Assembly (NCBI GenBank): GCA_035512955.1
Contig: DATKCZ010000013.1
Coordinates: 305 to 64,304 of the forward strand
Source of the DNA: Acidimicrobiia bacterium
GTDB taxonomy: Bacteria; Actinomycetota; Acidimicrobiia; Spongiisociales; ZC4RG35
Direction of reading: 5' to 3'
DNA: 64,000 bases
Shown: positions 62,522-64,000 of the stretch, one piece after another
Numbering within the stretch: the stretch's first letter is position 1
Layout of the letters: the number at the start of each line of letters is the position of its first letter
The notes under the pieces: model-generated
Database searches by the model: none
What the model was told of the DNA's origin: nothing
Seen by the model: the letters and a program-made list of their open reading frames with translations, nothing else
Translations under genes and position numbers: made by a program

Positions 62522-63706
62522 TCATTCACGGGGGGCCAGGGCCTTGTCGTGTGGCGAGCGAAATCGTGGAGTCACCCTGACATCGCCGAGCCATCTCTCC
62601 AGCTCGTCGCCGCGGTAAGCGATCGCCGACCGGGCCTCGGCCCCGACCTCCTCGAGAAGCTCGTAGACCACCCGCCCGTCTCGTCGCTGGGCCCACCCAC
62701 CGACGACCCGGCCATCCGCCCAGACGGTGGGCCCGGCATTCCCGTTGCGGTCGAACAGCTTGGAGTAGTGCTCGCCGAGGTACCAATCCCGTTCCTTCCA
62801 ACCCATGATGGTGGGGTCGAGCGAGGGAAGGAAGGCGATCCAGGGCCCAGGCGGGGCAACCGGGTCGAGGTCGTCGGGCAGCAGGTACCCGAGCTTGTCG
62901 TCGTCCAGTGACACCGCGACCGCTCCGACATCGGCAAGCGCCTCTCTCACCCGTCTCACCGGCCATCCGGTCCACCACACCACGTCGGCTTCGGTGGCCG
63001 GCCCAAACGAGTGCAGCCAGGATCTGACCAGCACGGCGCAGGCGACATCTATCGGCACTTCTTCGATCGGCCCACCCAGCCAGCGCTCGGTCTCGGCGTA
63101 GCTGTACTGGCCGCTGACCCAGCTGCCGGCGGGGCGGGCTCTCACGACCTTGGATTCCATCGCCAGCTGCAACAGGGTCCGGCTGGACATTCCGGTCGTC
63201 CCCTGCACCTTTCCCGCTTTGTTCCTGAAGACGATCTTCTGGGCGAGCTCGGGGAATTGTCGGGAGAGGTCGCGGGCGAAGAGCTCACCATTGTCCCGAA
63301 CCGCCGCCAGCGTCCGGCGCATCATGGAGTCGAGCCAGGCAGCTCCGTCGTCGGAGATCTCTCCTTTCTCGATGATCTCGATGCTTCTTCGCCGTTCTCT
63401 CTCGGCGATGACGCCAGTCGACGAGGCGACGAGGATCGGGAGCATCTCACGGTCGACGACCCACAGAGTCCGCCGCATCCCGATATGCCGGACCAGAGAG
63501 CGACCCACATACAGAGCACTTTCGAGATCGGGCACCTCGAAGCCGGCGACCCGGGCCCATACCGAGAGATAGACGGTCACCGGGTCGCTCGAGTGGAGGG
63601 CGACCAATGCTCGGGCCACCTCGGTGGGGTTCGAGCCCGAGGTGGCGAGCAGGTGACGTCGGGCGAGACGTGCCCTGCGCTGATCGCGACTGATGTGTGG
63701 CACCAC
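62522..63706 (-). CDS. Winged-helix YcaQ/AlkZ-like family protein (DUF1006, crosslink-repair DNA glycosylase family)
   Basis: The N-terminus is RRARLARRHLL ... ALVALHSSDP. I chose the GTG at 63706 because the longest ORF (to 63928) would overlap the divergent OsmC start. Confidence 0.7.
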   Translation of the reverse strand: MVPHISRDQRRARLARRHLLATSGSNPTEVARALVALHSSDPVTVYLSVWARVAGFEVPDLESALYVGRSLVRHIGMRRTLWVVDREMLPILVASSTGVIAERERRRSIEIIEKGEISDDGAAWLDSMMRRTLAAVRDNGELFARDLSRQFPELAQKIVFRNKAGKVQGTTGMSSRTLLQLAMESKVVRARPAGSWVSGQYSYAETERWLGGPIEEVPIDVACAVLVRSWLHSFGPATEADVVWWTGWPVRRVREALADVGAVAVSLDDDKLGYLLPDDLDPVAPPGPWIAFLPSLDPTIMGWKERDWYLGEHYSKLFDRNGNAGPTVWADGRVVGGWAQRRDGRVVYELLEEVGAEARSAIAYRGDELERWLGDVRVTPRFRSPHDKALAPRE

Positions 63707-63799
63707 TCGTTGTATAGCCGCCGAGCAGGGAGGGTCGCCCGGGAACCGATGACGTTCGTTAGCCTCGACGTGTCCGGCCCACCAGAGAAAGGCTCGAAA

Positions 63800-64000
63800 A
63801 TGGCACTCCGCAGCATCGGTCGCACTCATTGGGAAGGTGACCTGCTCAGCGGGTCGGGAACGGCCAGCCTGGACAGCGGCGCCGCCCCCGCCATGCAGGT
63901 GACCTGGAGGGCGCGGACCGAGGAACATGGGTCATTGACCAGTCCCGAGGAGTTGATCGCTGCCGCCCACTCCTCCTGTTACTCGATGGCGTTCTCCAGC
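63800..64000 (+). CDS. OsmC/Ohr family peroxiredoxin-like protein, 3'-partial at the window edge
   Basis: This gene is not in the ORF track because there is no stop in the window. From the ATG at 63800 it translates to MALRSIGRTHWEGDLLSGSGTASL...SPEELIAAAHSSCYSMAFSS, the OsmC signature around the first catalytic Cys. Confidence 0.75.
   Translation, partial: MALRSIGRTHWEGDLLSGSGTASLDSGAAPAMQVTWRARTEEHGSLTSPEELIAAAHSSCYSMAFSS

Noticed and set aside
1-64000. I searched for CRISPR arrays, tRNA/rRNA genes, transposases, integrases, phage genes and recognisable defence-system genes.
   Set aside because: I noticed no regularly spaced direct repeats, no tRNA-like cloverleaf candidates in the few intergenic gaps, and no proteins with transposase, integrase, nuclease or ATPase defence signatures. 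The window looks like core or metabolic chromosome.

Overview
High-G+C, actinobacterial-type chromosomal window. It is densely packed with about 56 protein-coding genes, and many start/stop codons overlap by 1-17 nt. I found no rRNA, tRNA, CRISPR array, transposase, integrase or phage genes. Function calls rest on motifs read from the six-frame ORF track, and no database search was possible. Starts were moved inward where the longest ORF overlaps the upstream gene. Left 27.7 kb: this is a methyl-group catabolic island. It holds a six-gene, translationally coupled corrinoid methyl-transfer operon built around a pyrrolysine-free MttB-family methyltransferase. The operon order is corrinoid protein, DUF1638, methyl-THF:corrinoid methyltransferase, RACo-type reductive activase, MttB and MetF. 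Around it sit a second stand-alone MttB paralogue, a dimethylglycine/sarcosine dehydrogenase-family enzyme, heterotetrameric sarcosine oxidase soxBDAG, a further FAD oxidase and formate-THF ligase. There is also a formate-dehydrogenase-like electron module (NuoEF-like, FdsA N-terminal Fe-S fragment, FdhD) with no molybdopterin subunit beside it. I regard this aerobic-context corrinoid/MttB demethylation island as the most interesting system in the window. Middle: thrA-like AK-HSD, a rhodanese-MoeB fusion, an acyl-CoA ligase, a Mo-bisPGD oxidoreductase coupled to a small lipoprotein, an SDR, and a divergent Zur-controlled metal ABC locus with clear Fur-type palindromes. It also holds an Eis-like GNAT, a coupled pair of tiny proteins, and an overlapping acyl-CoA dehydrogenase pair. 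Right: a peptide-type ABC transporter with two tandem M20 amidohydrolases, and a 12-TM flippase-like domain fused to a phosphoglycosyl transferase, lying next to two LCP paralogues. One of those paralogues is split by a frameshift at a G run. The rest are DUF885, an F420-type DDN-family protein, an orphan histidine kinase coupled to a Thr/Ser/Pro-repeat surface protein, a YcaQ/AlkZ-like protein and a 3'-truncated OsmC gene. Non-coding observations: a REP-like palindrome present twice, a 360-nt hairpin-dense convergent spacer, and a perfect 16-bp intercistronic hairpin.
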